Part shown: one piece after another, positions 47,273 through 58,173 of the stretch
Layout: every line of letters begins with the position of its first letter
How positions within the stretch are numbered: position 1 is the first letter of the stretch
DNA from: a virus
Direction: 5' to 3' (one strand)
Length of the DNA stretch: 64,000 nucleotides
Virus record (IMG/VR): IMGVR_UViG_3300046777_002497
Coordinates: 1 to 64,000 of that record
Translations under genes and position numbers: made by a program
Notes under the pieces: model-generated
What the model was told of the DNA's origin: nothing
Seen by the model: only the letters and a program-made list of their open reading frames with translations
The model's database searches: none

Positions 47273-48217
47273 ATGACGGCTTCCAATAGGGCATTCTGGG
47301 ACGAATGCTTTAATCTCGCCCGCAGGCATGGAGCACGCTTCCCAGAATTAGCAGCGGCGCAATGCTGCCTAGAAAGTAGTTTCGGCAAGCATTTTTCTGG
47401 CACCTGGAATGCATTAGGGCTTAAAGGTGATGGCACTAGGACCACTACGCAAGAGTGGTACGACGGTCAATGGGTGACAATTAAAGCAGGTTTCCTTGAC
47501 TTTCCAAGTCTTTCTGCTTGCATTGAATATCTCATCACGCGATGGTATAAAGACTATCGTCAATTCAAGGGCGTTAACAATGCGCCAAATCGTTATGCGG
47601 CAGCACGTATGCTCAAGGAGCAATCGTATGCCACTGATCCAGAATATCCTGCAAAGCTTTCAAGGCTTATGAAGGAGTACGCCCCAGAAACCACACAATT
47701 TACAATGATTGGCCCTAAAAAACGTCCTCAAGACTTTGGCTTTAAAGCTGGCGATTCGCATTTAATTGTGAACGATGCAGTGGAAACTATGAAAGCTTTT
47801 TCTTACGAAGGAAAGCTTTTGTGGGAAATTCCTTGTCTTGCTCGTGGACAATATAGTGATTTTGAATGGCGCATTCAAAACAGTGACACTCCGCCAGGTA
47901 TCTACCTTTTTGGAGAAGTGTACAAAGACTATGAGCGTGTGGGTGATAAACCTGCATATGATCGCACTTTAATGGCGTATGGCTGGTACACCTTTGACAT
48001 GATTGACTTGGAGGGTCAGGAACGAAACAACGGCAGAGCCGGTATCGCGTGTCATGGAGGTGGCAGCGCTAATGGCTGGCCAGGTGCATGGGCACCTAAT
48101 CAGCCGCTAGTGCCTTCCCATGGATGTCTCCGCCTAAAAAATATTGACCTTCGCGATAAAGTTCTTCCGCTTTACAAGAAAGGCAAAATCTTTTGTTCGG
48201 TTTTTCAGGAAGGATGA
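47273..48217 (+). CDS. Endolysin: GH73-like glucosaminidase fused to an L,D-transpeptidase-like domain
   Basis: AQCCLES..NALGLK..YATDPEY in the N-terminal half; IACHGGG..SHGCLRL (YkuD-type His/Cys) in the C-terminal half. Confidence 0.8.
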   Translation: MTASNRAFWDECFNLARRHGARFPELAAAQCCLESSFGKHFSGTWNALGLKGDGTRTTTQEWYDGQWVTIKAGFLDFPSLSACIEYLITRWYKDYRQFKGVNNAPNRYAAARMLKEQSYATDPEYPAKLSRLMKEYAPETTQFTMIGPKKRPQDFGFKAGDSHLIVNDAVETMKAFSYEGKLLWEIPCLARGQYSDFEWRIQNSDTPPGIYLFGEVYKDYERVGDKPAYDRTLMAYGWYTFDMIDLEGQERNNGRAGIACHGGGSANGWPGAWAPNQPLVPSHGCLRLKNIDLRDKVLPLYKKGKIFCSVFQEG

Positions 48218-48621
48218 CTCGCGAAAGTTGGTTAAATGCTCTTTGTTATGAAGCAGGACTTTGGGCCGTCTCGCGATGGCCCTCTCTTGCTTTTAATCCA
48301 TGGTTCAAACTGCTCATGGCGCATTGTCGTCAAGACTGGGCAGAATGGAAAACCAAAATCGTAATGGAGAAAGTAGACGAGCAGGCAGCAGTATTGGTAA
48401 AACAATGGGAAAAAGAAGAAAAAGAAACAAAAGCAAATGCCTTAGCGGAGAAAGCTCGCTCTCTCTATCCCGAAGCGAAGGTGACGCCTCTTCCCGATGC
48501 CATCGTTCCGTCTGTTCTCATTGAAACAGCCCCACCAGCGGACGCTAGCGAGGCTGTAAAGGCGCTAGGAGGAGAACTGAGGATTACGTATCGGCTCGAT
48601 GCCAAGCAAGAAGCGCCCTAA
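48214..48621 (+). CDS. Hypothetical protein (lysis module)
   Basis: Coupled to the endolysin stop. Confidence 0.55.
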   Translation: MTRESWLNALCYEAGLWAVSRWPSLAFNPWFKLLMAHCRQDWAEWKTKIVMEKVDEQAAVLVKQWEKEEKETKANALAEKARSLYPEAKVTPLPDAIVPSVLIETAPPADASEAVKALGGELRITYRLDAKQEAP

Positions 48622-48822
48622 GGCGCTTCCATTTAGCCAGCTCCTTCTCGTGGTAGCCTTCCCACTCGCTAATAGCTTCGCTTAGCCCCTTGATGGCAAC
48701 AGCCGGATCATCGTCCGTGAGAAGCTCTTGAAGACCTTCAGAAATGTGATCCACTTGCTGCTTGTACCACTGATCCTTAAATCCGTCCATGGAGGAAAGA
48801 CAAGAGCCCTTAGCTTAACTGG

Positions 48823-50046
48823 TCAAACCACTTCCACCCAGCCAATCATGCCTAAAGCTTTAGCGTTCACGTCAGTGTCCACGGTAAGAATCAACGTGTC
48901 GCTAACGCCAGAGGCGTTTTGCCCCAGCGCTAAGCGAATGGCTTCCGCCACTGCATAGTTATTAGCACTGCCCTGACTGACAAAACCAGAATCAATCACA
49001 GTGCCCCCCGTAGCAGTGCCGCTTGTCGTCACTTCTACATTGCCCCTACCATTGTTGGCAGCAGTCCACGTTACGCCAGAAAGCGTAGGATTCAATCGTA
49101 GTCGCCACAACACTACGTCACTAGAAGCAGTGGTAGTAGAAATCCTCACGGGAAGAATGACATTACCAGTACGACCACTGGCCATACGAATGCCGGCAGT
49201 AATGCGTTCTCCAGAAGTGTTGGGTACTGTTAAAAGACTATGCGACACTGAATAAATGGCACCATCTGGCTCGTAGCCGCCTTCACTCAGTAAGCTGCAA
49301 CACACATGCTTCATTGTTGCCGAAGATGCTTGAGCAGAAGCATTATGAATGCGATAGGACAATGGCAAAATAGCCGTTGTCATATAAACACTATCCAATG
49401 CATTGAAATGCTCAAATTCGTGGCAATAAACTATTTCCCCATCAACAACAAAACCACACCTAACGCGCCCCACTCCCAGCCATTCCAAATCGGCAGTAAA
49501 GATTTGCGCCTTGGCAAAGTTAAAAGAATCAAGCGTATCAATATTCCAATCGCTTTGATTCACTACGTCTTCATTAATAGTGCCAGATGCATAACTTCTG
49601 ACAACGAATTGCACAGTGGTGCCACTAGCGCGTAGCATCACGCCATTCTGATCATTGAAAATTCCCACTTCCTGAATGAGACCAGAGGCAAGCGGAGCGC
49701 CTACAAAGCTTTGCAAAAGCATCATGCTTTTGCCCGCCTGATACGGGAAATTCTGCTTAGTACGACGAAGAACCGTGTCTCCCGACGCAGTGGTGGTGCT
49801 CATTGCCACACTGCTTTGATGCGTCAGGAATGTAGAAGTGCCACTACCAACAATGCTGTCAAACCATTGATCAGGACGTTTGTCATAGCGCATTGTGCTA
49901 TCAAAAAGCGTATAAGGAGCGCTCGTCCGCTGCCTGCCAAATGCATCTACAGCTCCACTATCAGGGCCTTTTTGTAAAATCTTTCCACGATAATCTGCTT
50001 CAATATGAGTTTCAAACTGTTCACCACCTGCAATAATTTGTCCCAT
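48823..50046 (-). CDS. Virion structural protein
   Basis: DAFGRQRTS.PYTLFDS and DLEWLGVGRVRCGF motifs; Ser/Thr-rich. Confidence 0.7.
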   Translation of the reverse strand: MGQIIAGGEQFETHIEADYRGKILQKGPDSGAVDAFGRQRTSAPYTLFDSTMRYDKRPDQWFDSIVGSGTSTFLTHQSSVAMSTTTASGDTVLRRTKQNFPYQAGKSMMLLQSFVGAPLASGLIQEVGIFNDQNGVMLRASGTTVQFVVRSYASGTINEDVVNQSDWNIDTLDSFNFAKAQIFTADLEWLGVGRVRCGFVVDGEIVYCHEFEHFNALDSVYMTTAILPLSYRIHNASAQASSATMKHVCCSLLSEGGYEPDGAIYSVSHSLLTVPNTSGERITAGIRMASGRTGNVILPVRISTTTASSDVVLWRLRLNPTLSGVTWTAANNGRGNVEVTTSGTATGGTVIDSGFVSQGSANNYAVAEAIRLALGQNASGVSDTLILTVDTDVNAKALGMIGWVEVV

Positions 50047-50106
50047 GACAATTCTGTCTTTCTTGTATTGTAGGAGCAAAAAGAAAGGGCCTTTCGGCCC
50101 CGTTCT

Positions 50107-50244
50107 TTATTTACCTTGTCCGCGCATTTTCTTGCGGCCATGACTTGGTTTACTGTTTTTACCTTGCCCCTGAGCAGATTTTTTTGGTTTGCCAGGCGTA
50201 AACAGCTTTTGCCCGCTGATGCCGATTTTGCTTTTTGCCGCCAT
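50107..50244 (-). CDS. 45-aa basic protein ending RGQGK
   Basis: MAAKSKIG...PKKSAQGQGKNSKP..RGQGK. Confidence 0.55.
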   Translation of the reverse strand: MAAKSKIGISGQKLFTPGKPKKSAQGQGKNSKPSHGRKKMRGQGK

Positions 50245-50267
50245 GGAAAGACGATGAAAACAAAAGC

Positions 50268-50582
50268 TTAGCTATTCCAGGGCAGGCCGGTGCCAGTAGT
50301 AGGAGTGCGCTGCTGGGAAATCTGATCGGCCAAGGCCGCTTCGATTTCTACTACTTTCTCAGCACCAAATTTTTCCTTCACCCAACCAGTGACGATTTCA
50401 GGCGTGAGCTGGGCATAAGGAATTTCATCGTCCTCATCGGGCGCTTCAAGGCCAAGACTGCCATAGGCCGAGCTTGCATACGTGCCATCGTCGGCAGAAA
50501 TTGTATAGTGAACCGTGTAGACGATTCCATCAGCAAGGTGGCGTTCCAGATTTGCAACGCCCCATTGGTAAGTGATTGCCAT
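50268..50582 (-). CDS. Tail-fibre-associated small protein
   Basis: W.VANLER..DG.VYTVHY...IPYAQLT...GLPW. Confidence 0.7.
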   Translation of the reverse strand: MAITYQWGVANLERHLADGIVYTVHYTISADDGTYASSAYGSLGLEAPDEDDEIPYAQLTPEIVTGWVKEKFGAEKVVEIEAALADQISQQRTPTTGTGLPWNS

Positions 50583-50949
50583 GGTTAAAAAGAATGGTCT
50601 TTGTTAGTTTAGACGATGCAAAAGCAGATCAAGGTGCGAAAATTACGGGCGCCTTACAGGATGGAAAGCCGGCCAGAGGGGTCAAGACCAATAGTTAAAT
50701 ATTCTGTTGCGTCCTGAGCAATATTACGACAGGCTTTCTTGAATTCAGACGTTTCTTTTTGTGGATACTTGGCTTCATACTGCATTGTTTCTGGGTTCAA
50801 AACATTACATTCTGGATCTCCAAGATAAAAGCAGTTAATAGCTTGTCGCGCTTCTTTCTGTTGCTCAATGCTCAAAGAGAAAGTAACGGGAACTTTGAAT
50901 GTTGCAATTAAGTTCATCTTGTATTCAGACATAGAAAAGAAGGTGACTA

Positions 50950-51180
50950 CTAAGTTTCAAGCTCCTCAGCGATGGCGAGGAGGTCATCGGCATCACACTT
51001 CCACACGTCATGGTTGTGGTGTTGCTGAGTGTGGGCAACAGCAGCTCGCAGGGCAGCGGCAAGTTCACGTCCTAGAATCACAGACATTACCGGAAACCCC
51101 AGCTCTACAGCATCTTTGCCAAACTTGGCTTCCAATAACGCATTTAGCACTGCTTGTGCTGCAGGGGAAAGTTTAGACAT
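50950..51180 (-). CDS. SPAAQAVL family paralog
   Basis: Similar to 31556-31747. Confidence 0.7.
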   Translation of the reverse strand: MSKLSPAAQAVLNALLEAKFGKDAVELGFPVMSVILGRELAAALRAAVAHTQQHHNHDVWKCDADDLLAIAEELET

Positions 51181-51194
51181 AGAAGTGGAAGCGC

Positions 51195-51536
51195 CTACTC
51201 GTTGTTGGGAAGTTGTTCAAGGGCGCGGCGGATGTAATCGGCAGGCTCCGTTGTGTCCATCGAGTGAGCTGCACCATCGAGCAGGTGCGAGAGCGCCAGG
51301 AGCGCCTGCTTCTTCAAGCTCGGCGGCTTGGAGCGGCGGGCGGCGCGGAGTGCATTGATGTAGTTGGTCGGCGTCTCGTCCGCCATCCATTCACAGCACG
51401 CCTTCAGCTCCTGATCTGCGCCCCATTGGGCGGCGCGGGTGGCGATGCGGCTGATCACATTTGGGCCGCCTTCGTCAGTATCAATCCACTCGCCAATCAG
51501 CTCATCTGACGGGGTGATGGGATGTTGTTGTGTCAT
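51195..51536 (-). CDS. AAQWGADQELEAC family, paralog 4
   Basis: Similar to the 31912-32996 genes. Confidence 0.75.
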   Translation of the reverse strand: MTQQHPITPSDELIGEWIDTDEGGPNVISRIATRAAQWGADQELKACCEWMADETPTNYINALRAARRSKPPSLKKQALLALSHLLDGAAHSMDTTEPADYIRRALEQLPNNE

Positions 51537-51555
51537 GGGTGATTAGTGGTAATGA

Positions 51556-51732
51556 CTACTCGATTACAGGGAGAGGTTTACCAAGCGACTCCAGCCAGCA
51601 CAACTGGCACCAGCGGCCTTCGTGACCTGGGATAGTGCTTTCGATTGTGTAGCTATGAATTCCGTGCTTCGGACAATCAATCTTTGGCAACTGTCGCCCG
51701 ATTGCCAACGTGGGGTAATCTTGTTCGGTCAT
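51556..51732 (-). CDS. CPKHG family paralog (58 aa)
   Basis: MTEQDYP..CPKHGIH..EGRWCQLCWLESLGKPLPVIE. Confidence 0.7.
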   Translation of the reverse strand: MTEQDYPTLAIGRQLPKIDCPKHGIHSYTIESTIPGHEGRWCQLCWLESLGKPLPVIE

Positions 51733-51891
51733 GGTCTCTAGGGAACTGTGGCTAGGGGCAGGAGGTGCAAACTCGCTGCCCCACCACTATAAGAGCAGAC
51801 CAAGCCCAACTATCCGGAAATTCCAGATAGTTCAACTTGTAAGGGCTGGTTACAAATTCGCCAGCCCTCGCAGTGAGTAGGGTTACTGGCT

Positions 51892-54000
51892 CTAGCAAGC
51901 CATCAACACGCAGGGCACGCAGTAGCTGCCATCGTCGTAGGTGCAGGTGACGTGAGTTGAAATCACCTTGGCGATGGTTTTGCTGCGGATGATGTCGTCG
52001 TCTTGGGGCTTGGCAGTGCCATCACCAGCCGACATCAGCAGGTCACCACGTTGAACCGTGACACCTTCGGCAATGCGGATGATGAAGTCACCCGTCATCG
52101 CACAGTAGAAGTCGTCGGTGTAGGTGTCGTCGTCATCGTCCCAGGCTTGGAACACTCCCGACACATTCGGATCACCTTCAATATCGCTCACCTGCATGCG
52201 GTTGAGCTGTTCGTTGTCTTCATCGCCCCATTCGCACATCTCGTCGATGTTGCTTAGAACGGTGCCGCGCAGGATTTCGGTGCGTTCTGCGCCACCAGGA
52301 AGCTGGGACCAGCGGGAGAGGTGAGCACCGTTGTAGCTAACGGTGGTGCCGGAGACGGAAATAGTGCCTTCTTCTGTACCGTCTTGGCGCAGAGAAACTA
52401 TGGTGCCATCACTTGCCCTTCTGTTGAAGAAGGCCGATGGTCCTCCATTTCTTGTAACAGACAAATATGCACCATTACTGTTTCCTATGGTGCAGCCATC
52501 AATGTTGTTTTGAGCTGGATCTGTATCTGTATTGTTCAAAAAACACGCACCGGCATTATTAATCCTCATCCGCTCCGTCGGGCCGCTCGCTCCGTCGGCG
52601 GTAGTGGAGAACACTAGGCGGCCTGGATAGTCACTAGTCCCAGCAGTACCATCCGTCGAACAAGTAATACTTGCAAAGGTATTTCCTGCTGCTTGATCTG
52701 TAAAACGCAGCTCGCCTAAAGTAACATCAGGCGAAATAGTTCCGCCTGAATTATACGCAATTGCCATAGAGGCATAATTACCTCCAGACACGTTTCCTTG
52801 GACAACAAAACGTGATGCACTAGAGCTAGAAGACGTGCCAACTAACAACCTGCCGGAGCTGTCGATGCGGGCGCGTTCGGTGTAACCACCTCCACTGGAA
52901 TTAACTTGAGCGAAGGCAAGTGGATTATATCCACCTCCAGAAGGACCTGTTGTTAGTATCCTTGCGTCTCCAGAGACATCGAGCACCACAGTGCTTGCAG
53001 AAGCTGTGCCAAATGTTCCAGTTGCACAAATAGCCCCGTTCACTTGAAGAGCGTGCCCAGGACTCGTAACGCCAATCCCTACGTTACCTGCCGAGGTAAC
53101 ATGTAATCGTGTATTTGCGGCCCCATTCGTGTAAATACCAAAAGATCCCGCGTAATCTGTTCCTATAGCTGCGTTTTGAGTGGCGGAGCCGCCATCAACA
53201 TTCAAATGGCGGGTACCATCGCCGATGCGGATTCTGGGTGTCGTAGCATCCTCAATAGTTAACTTAAAACCAGGGCTACTAGTCCCCAGACCTAAGCGGC
53301 CACTGGAATCAATGCGCATCCGTTCTGACGCATCTGTGTAAAATTGCACAACACGATTGGTGCCATCAAGGCGCAATGCAGAACGCACATCACCTAAAGC
53401 GCCAGCTTTATAGGAGTAGATAAAAGAGTCAGAATTTAACGAAAAATCACTAGATGAATTGATTCCTCCCGCAACATCCAGTTGTGCTGCAGGGCTGCTA
53501 GTCCCCAGGCCCACTTTCCCATCAGAGGCAACAAACAACCGCGCAGTGCCATTAGTCGAGATGGCTAGTTGATCTGCGCCAGGAGAATACAGTCCAGTAT
53601 TTGCGTCTCCGCTTATAAAAAGCGATGGAGATCCAGCACTGCCTGCGATAATTCCCAATGCGCCAGTCATTGTATCGCCAGTGACGTTTACAAATTCACC
53701 AGCTTCACTGCGCCATGCGGCACCATCCCAAATCTTAAATACGTAAGTGCCACCACTGGTATCAAGCCATTGCTCCCCCAAGGAATTACCGGCAGTGCCA
53801 CCACTTGCCGGTACGGCATTAGGAGCACCGCTACCCACATGCACAGGCCCCACTTTTACCAAGCTTCCATTGCTGTCCTTAAAGAACATGCCAGGACTGC
53901 CACTTGCATAGTTAATGGCCACTTGACCATCAACCATAGAAGCAGGATTAGGACGCTTATTAAGCGTCGATGAACGCAGATGCTGAAGAACACCAGCCAT
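51892..54000 (-). CDS. Tail fibre/receptor-binding protein with C-terminal chaperone-like domain
   Basis: Repeated ERMRIDSSGR.G.GT motifs; GDLLMSAGDG..KTIAKV..VPCVL C-terminus. Confidence 0.85.
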   Translation of the reverse strand: MAGVLQHLRSSTLNKRPNPASMVDGQVAINYASGSPGMFFKDSNGSLVKVGPVHVGSGAPNAVPASGGTAGNSLGEQWLDTSGGTYVFKIWDGAAWRSEAGEFVNVTGDTMTGALGIIAGSAGSPSLFISGDANTGLYSPGADQLAISTNGTARLFVASDGKVGLGTSSPAAQLDVAGGINSSSDFSLNSDSFIYSYKAGALGDVRSALRLDGTNRVVQFYTDASERMRIDSSGRLGLGTSSPGFKLTIEDATTPRIRIGDGTRHLNVDGGSATQNAAIGTDYAGSFGIYTNGAANTRLHVTSAGNVGIGVTSPGHALQVNGAICATGTFGTASASTVVLDVSGDARILTTGPSGGGYNPLAFAQVNSSGGGYTERARIDSSGRLLVGTSSSSSASRFVVQGNVSGGNYASMAIAYNSGGTISPDVTLGELRFTDQAAGNTFASITCSTDGTAGTSDYPGRLVFSTTADGASGPTERMRINNAGACFLNNTDTDPAQNNIDGCTIGNSNGAYLSVTRNGGPSAFFNRRASDGTIVSLRQDGTEEGTISVSGTTVSYNGAHLSRWSQLPGGAERTEILRGTVLSNIDEMCEWGDEDNEQLNRMQVSDIEGDPNVSGVFQAWDDDDDTYTDDFYCAMTGDFIIRIAEGVTVQRGDLLMSAGDGTAKPQDDDIIRSKTIAKVISTHVTCTYDDGSYCVPCVLMAC

Positions 54001-54072
54001 GATTAAAGCCTTTCGGAATTACAGAAGACTAATAAGTCTTTCGCAATTCTAAAAGGCTTTATTTGTCATTGA

Positions 54073-57000
54073 TTAGAAAGTTCCTTCATCAATGGTGGCG
54101 TCAATGGTGCCAGCGGAAAAATTGCCGCTACTATCACGAGCAACAATTGCACTTGTAGTATTTGAGCTAGTGGCAGTGGTGGCGCTGTTGCTGACTTTTC
54201 CTGCCGTCGAAATAGTTGATAACTTGGTGTCAGCAATGCTGCCAGCAAGCATTGTATTGGTAACGGTGCCGGTATCTCCAGTGGTAATGACAGTGCCAGT
54301 AGTATCTGGTAATGTCACCACTTTGTCGGAGGTGGCATCAGCAGCAGTGAGTTGAATTTCAAAAGCGTTATCAGTGGCACCTTCAAACAGCAGCGTGCCA
54401 GTGTTGCCAATAACCACTTCACCAGTGATTGTGCCGCCAGCTTTAGGAAGAGCAGCATTGGCAAGGTCATAAGCACTCTTCACTGCAGTGGCAGTAGCAG
54501 CAAGAGAAGAACTAGTTGTGCTCGTGCTATCAGTGAGCTGAACGCTTCCCCTTACGCTTGTTGATGCATCGGGGATAGAAATAACGGGAGTGGTTGAGCC
54601 GCTAACAACAGTGAGTGGAGAATTAACGCTCACTGACAACACAGTACCACTGGCAGGAGTGGCCCAATGAACGCCTGGTCCAAAGGCTGAATTAGCCGTC
54701 AATACTTGCCCGTTGGTACCAATGGCCTGCTTGACTAACGTGGTACCACTTGCAACAAGAATGTCGCCTTTTGTATAAGTGCCAGTACCAGTACCACCGT
54801 AAGCAACAGCTAAAATACCACTCGCAACATTACTAGCATTGCGACATTCAGTGCTAACTTCTTCTAATGCAGCTTGAACATTGGTGCTGCTTATATTGGC
54901 AGCAGGCGTGAAAGCAACGTTAACTGCAGCTTGTGCCGTGTAAGTGGAGCTAACGTCCACTTCAGTCCATGCCGTGCCATTGCAAAGCAGAATATCAGGC
55001 GGTTGCAAAGCAGTGGCAGGAGCAGGAGCCACGCCAGTGCCGCCGCTTTCCACCACCACGTAGTAACGATTAAACGTAGCAGAGGGAGTGGGAAGTGGCT
55101 GTCCAATTGAGAGACCAACAGCGGCGCCATCGCTACTTGTACTAGCAATAATATTGCCACTTGCATTGTAAGTGCCACCAAAAATAATCTCACCAACTGA
55201 AATACCAACTGGATTCCAAACGTTTCCATCCCACAGATAGAGATCTTTCTCTAATGGATTGAAGAAGAATTGTCCAATAAAATCTGCAGACGGCAATGCT
55301 TCGCCAAATTGACTAACGCTGTAGTTCGCCAAATTAGATGCCCGAACTGCATCTTCTCCAATGAAGCCGCTACCAAACGTTCCAGTGGTAATCTTCGATG
55401 CGGGCAGCCCTGGAATGTCGTCGGCTACTAAAGCAGTTTCCCCTGCGCTGATGTGTCCTTCTTCATCAACAGTGACTTTGTAATAAATGCCAGAGGCTAC
55501 GCTATTGGCATGGTTGAAGATGCCACTGACGGTGACTAAACCAGTACCAGCTTGAGCTACGCCAAGAGCGCTAGTTGTTGCCTTTGGAAGATCGCTTGCA
55601 GAAATGGCGCGGAATGTAGGCGCAGCATCACTGTTTCCACTTGCAGGGCCAGCAAAGAACCGAGAAGCTACTTGCGTGTTCAGAGAGGGAACAATGGAAG
55701 CGCTGAACGAATCAGGGTAGGACGTAGTAAAGCTATAAACAGTATCTCCAGAAACAACAGTTGTTACAAGACCTGTTTGGCGCTGCCATACACTACCGGT
55801 CCAAGTGTATTCATAGCCGTCGCTGGTATTGAACCATTGTTGACCAATGAATGATCCATTGCCAATTGGTGAAGAACCAGCTACTACTGCAGCAGAATTA
55901 TCCGCTAACTTAACGGCTGTTACGCCACTATTTGTAATTTTTGCAGTGGTGATAGCGCTATCGAGAATCTTGGCAGTTGTTACGGCATCATTGGCAATGG
56001 TGGCAGCGAAGGCTCCAGTGCCTGTACCAGTGACATCTCCAGAAAGTGTGATTGTTTGATCGCCAGTATTAGTACCAGTGGAAGTGCCAGAAAAGCTTCC
56101 GTTCTGCGTAGCAAGAGTACCAAGACCAAGCGTTGTGCGAATATCGGCAATCGTTGCATCGTCAAGAATCGAACGTGCCGCTGAAGTGCAGGCAATTTCT
56201 TCTACAGTGCCGCCGCTGGCAGATGAACGTCCAAGAATGACATCGCTTGTTGTAGTGGCTTGAATCTTTGCATAAGACACTGCATTGTTGGCAAGCTTCG
56301 CCGTGGTGACGCCGCTATCAACAATTTTTGCAGTGCTTACGGAATCACTGGCTAGTTTCGCCTGTGTAACATTTGCATCAACAATCTTGTCAGTTGTAAC
56401 GCCACTATTGGCAATCTTTGCAGTGGTAATTGCAGAATCAGCAATATTGGCAGTGACAATGGAAGAAGAATCATAGTCTCCGCTGCCAACTGTATTTTTT
56501 ACAGCTAACGAGCCAAGTCCAAGAGTGGTGCGCTGAGCGCTTGCATCTGCATCGTCAAGAATGGCGCGACCAGCAGCAGTGATCGTCGAAGTTGCGTAAG
56601 TGTCAGAAGCAGTGGTGTAAATGATTTGACCAGATGCCGTGGTCAGTCCTGCAATTGATGCCAGTGCAGCGTCATACGCTTGCACGTCAGCGCCAATGGC
56701 AAGGCCAAGATTTGTGCGTGCCCCAGAGGCGGTAGAAGCTCCAGTGCCGCCATCTGCAACGGCAAGGTCAGTAATGCCACTAATAACGCCACCATTGATC
56801 GTCGCATAAGTGATCGTGCCACTACTGAGCACTGCTGTGCCGCCTGTAATGTCTACGCCAGAAGCAGCTTGAACAGCGATGGAGCCAAGGCCAAGCGTGG
56901 TGCGCTGAGCAGCAGCATCCGCATCATCAAGCAACGCCCTGCCTGCCTCTGTAAGCGTGATGGCTTCTATATTGCCACTACCAGCACTGGCCCTGCCAAG

Positions 57001-58119
57001 CAGCACGCCAGATGCCACTTGCTGGATTTTGGCAAACGTAACTGCATTGTCTGCAATGTCGGCAGTGACAATTGACCCACTTGCATAGCTTCCCGATGGG
57101 ATGGAAGAAGCAGTGATGACCGTGCCAGTTAAATCTCCCGATGCAAGAGAAAGCTTGCCAATGGTAACTGAACCAGATGCAAGCTTGTCAGTGGTAACGC
57201 CACTATCAACAAGATTAATTGTTGCCACTGCGCTAGCAGCAAGCTTTGCCTGGGTGACGCCAGAATCAATGATATTGACGGTCGCCACTGCATTTGCAGC
57301 AAGTTTCGCCTGTGTAATACCACTTGCAACTAGCTGAGCAGTGTCAACGCTTCCGCTGGCCATCTTGGCCAATGTCACCGCACTATTGACAATGTTGATG
57401 GTATCAATAGATCCGCTAGCTAGCTTGACTTGCGTAATGCCACTATCTACAATGTTGACAGCGGCCACTGCATTAGCAGCAAGCTTTGCCTGTGTCACTC
57501 CGCTATCAACAATATTGACAGTAAGGACAGAATCGGCAGCAAGCTTGCCTTGAACAACGCCACTGGCGGCCAATTGAACAGCACCAACTGCTCCGCTTGC
57601 AATCTTTGCCGTGGTAACGTTTGCATCAGCAATCTTTGCAGTGGTCACTGCATCATTGTTGATTTTGCCAGTGGTAATAGCAAGATCTTCAATGAGGGAA
57701 GTACTAATCGTATTGCCAGTGGCGACAGCGCCGAGAGAAAGCGTTGAACGTGCCGTTGCTGCGTCTGCATCGTCCAACAGAGAACGAGCAAATGAAGTGC
57801 AAGTGATTTCTTCGATATTTCCCGCGCCTGCACTGCTTCTTCCTAAAAGTCGATCAGTGGCACTTACTTGTTGAATCTTGTCGTAAGTGAGAACGTTCGT
57901 TCCAATGGCGGCAGCACCAAGTTTTGCTACGCTTGCCTGGTTGATCTTAGAAATATCCAGCGTCGAAGCATCTGCAAGATTAAAGCCTGCTTGAATCAGG
58001 CTCTTCACTTGTACTTTCTTTGTCTGACTAGCACTTACATCTGCAATAGGCAGCACGTCATTAGACGATACGCCTCCCTGAGGAAGTTCTACAAGCTCCG
58101 TAATTCTTTGATCAGCCAT
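54073..58119 (-). CDS. Long tail fibre protein
   Basis: MADQRITEL N-terminus; 10-aa DSGVTxAKLA repeats; ARxLLDDADA repeats; GSVQLTDS..LAATATAVK. Confidence 0.85.
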   Translation of the reverse strand: MADQRITELVELPQGGVSSNDVLPIADVSASQTKKVQVKSLIQAGFNLADASTLDISKINQASVAKLGAAAIGTNVLTYDKIQQVSATDRLLGRSSAGAGNIEEITCTSFARSLLDDADAATARSTLSLGAVATGNTISTSLIEDLAITTGKINNDAVTTAKIADANVTTAKIASGAVGAVQLAASGVVQGKLAADSVLTVNIVDSGVTQAKLAANAVAAVNIVDSGITQVKLASGSIDTINIVNSAVTLAKMASGSVDTAQLVASGITQAKLAANAVATVNIIDSGVTQAKLAASAVATINLVDSGVTTDKLASGSVTIGKLSLASGDLTGTVITASSIPSGSYASGSIVTADIADNAVTFAKIQQVASGVLLGRASAGSGNIEAITLTEAGRALLDDADAAAQRTTLGLGSIAVQAASGVDITGGTAVLSSGTITYATINGGVISGITDLAVADGGTGASTASGARTNLGLAIGADVQAYDAALASIAGLTTASGQIIYTTASDTYATSTITAAGRAILDDADASAQRTTLGLGSLAVKNTVGSGDYDSSSIVTANIADSAITTAKIANSGVTTDKIVDANVTQAKLASDSVSTAKIVDSGVTTAKLANNAVSYAKIQATTTSDVILGRSSASGGTVEEIACTSAARSILDDATIADIRTTLGLGTLATQNGSFSGTSTGTNTGDQTITLSGDVTGTGTGAFAATIANDAVTTAKILDSAITTAKITNSGVTAVKLADNSAAVVAGSSPIGNGSFIGQQWFNTSDGYEYTWTGSVWQRQTGLVTTVVSGDTVYSFTTSYPDSFSASIVPSLNTQVASRFFAGPASGNSDAAPTFRAISASDLPKATTSALGVAQAGTGLVTVSGIFNHANSVASGIYYKVTVDEEGHISAGETALVADDIPGLPASKITTGTFGSGFIGEDAVRASNLANYSVSQFGEALPSADFIGQFFFNPLEKDLYLWDGNVWNPVGISVGEIIFGGTYNASGNIIASTSSDGAAVGLSIGQPLPTPSATFNRYYVVVESGGTGVAPAPATALQPPDILLCNGTAWTEVDVSSTYTAQAAVNVAFTPAANISSTNVQAALEEVSTECRNASNVASGILAVAYGGTGTGTYTKGDILVASGTTLVKQAIGTNGQVLTANSAFGPGVHWATPASGTVLSVSVNSPLTVVSGSTTPVISIPDASTSVRGSVQLTDSTSTTSSSLAATATAVKSAYDLANAALPKAGGTITGEVVIGNTGTLLFEGATDNAFEIQLTAADATSDKVVTLPDTTGTVITTGDTGTVTNTMLAGSIADTKLSTISTAGKVSNSATTATSSNTTSAIVARDSSGNFSAGTIDATIDEGTF

Positions 58120-58173
58120 TGCAGGAAGGTGCGGGTCTCAATACAGTCTAGTCTTAAACGATATTAGCTATTA

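Noticed and set aside
51892-54000. Diversity-generating retroelement acting on the tail fibre
   Set aside because: No reverse transcriptase or template/variable repeat pair seen in the window
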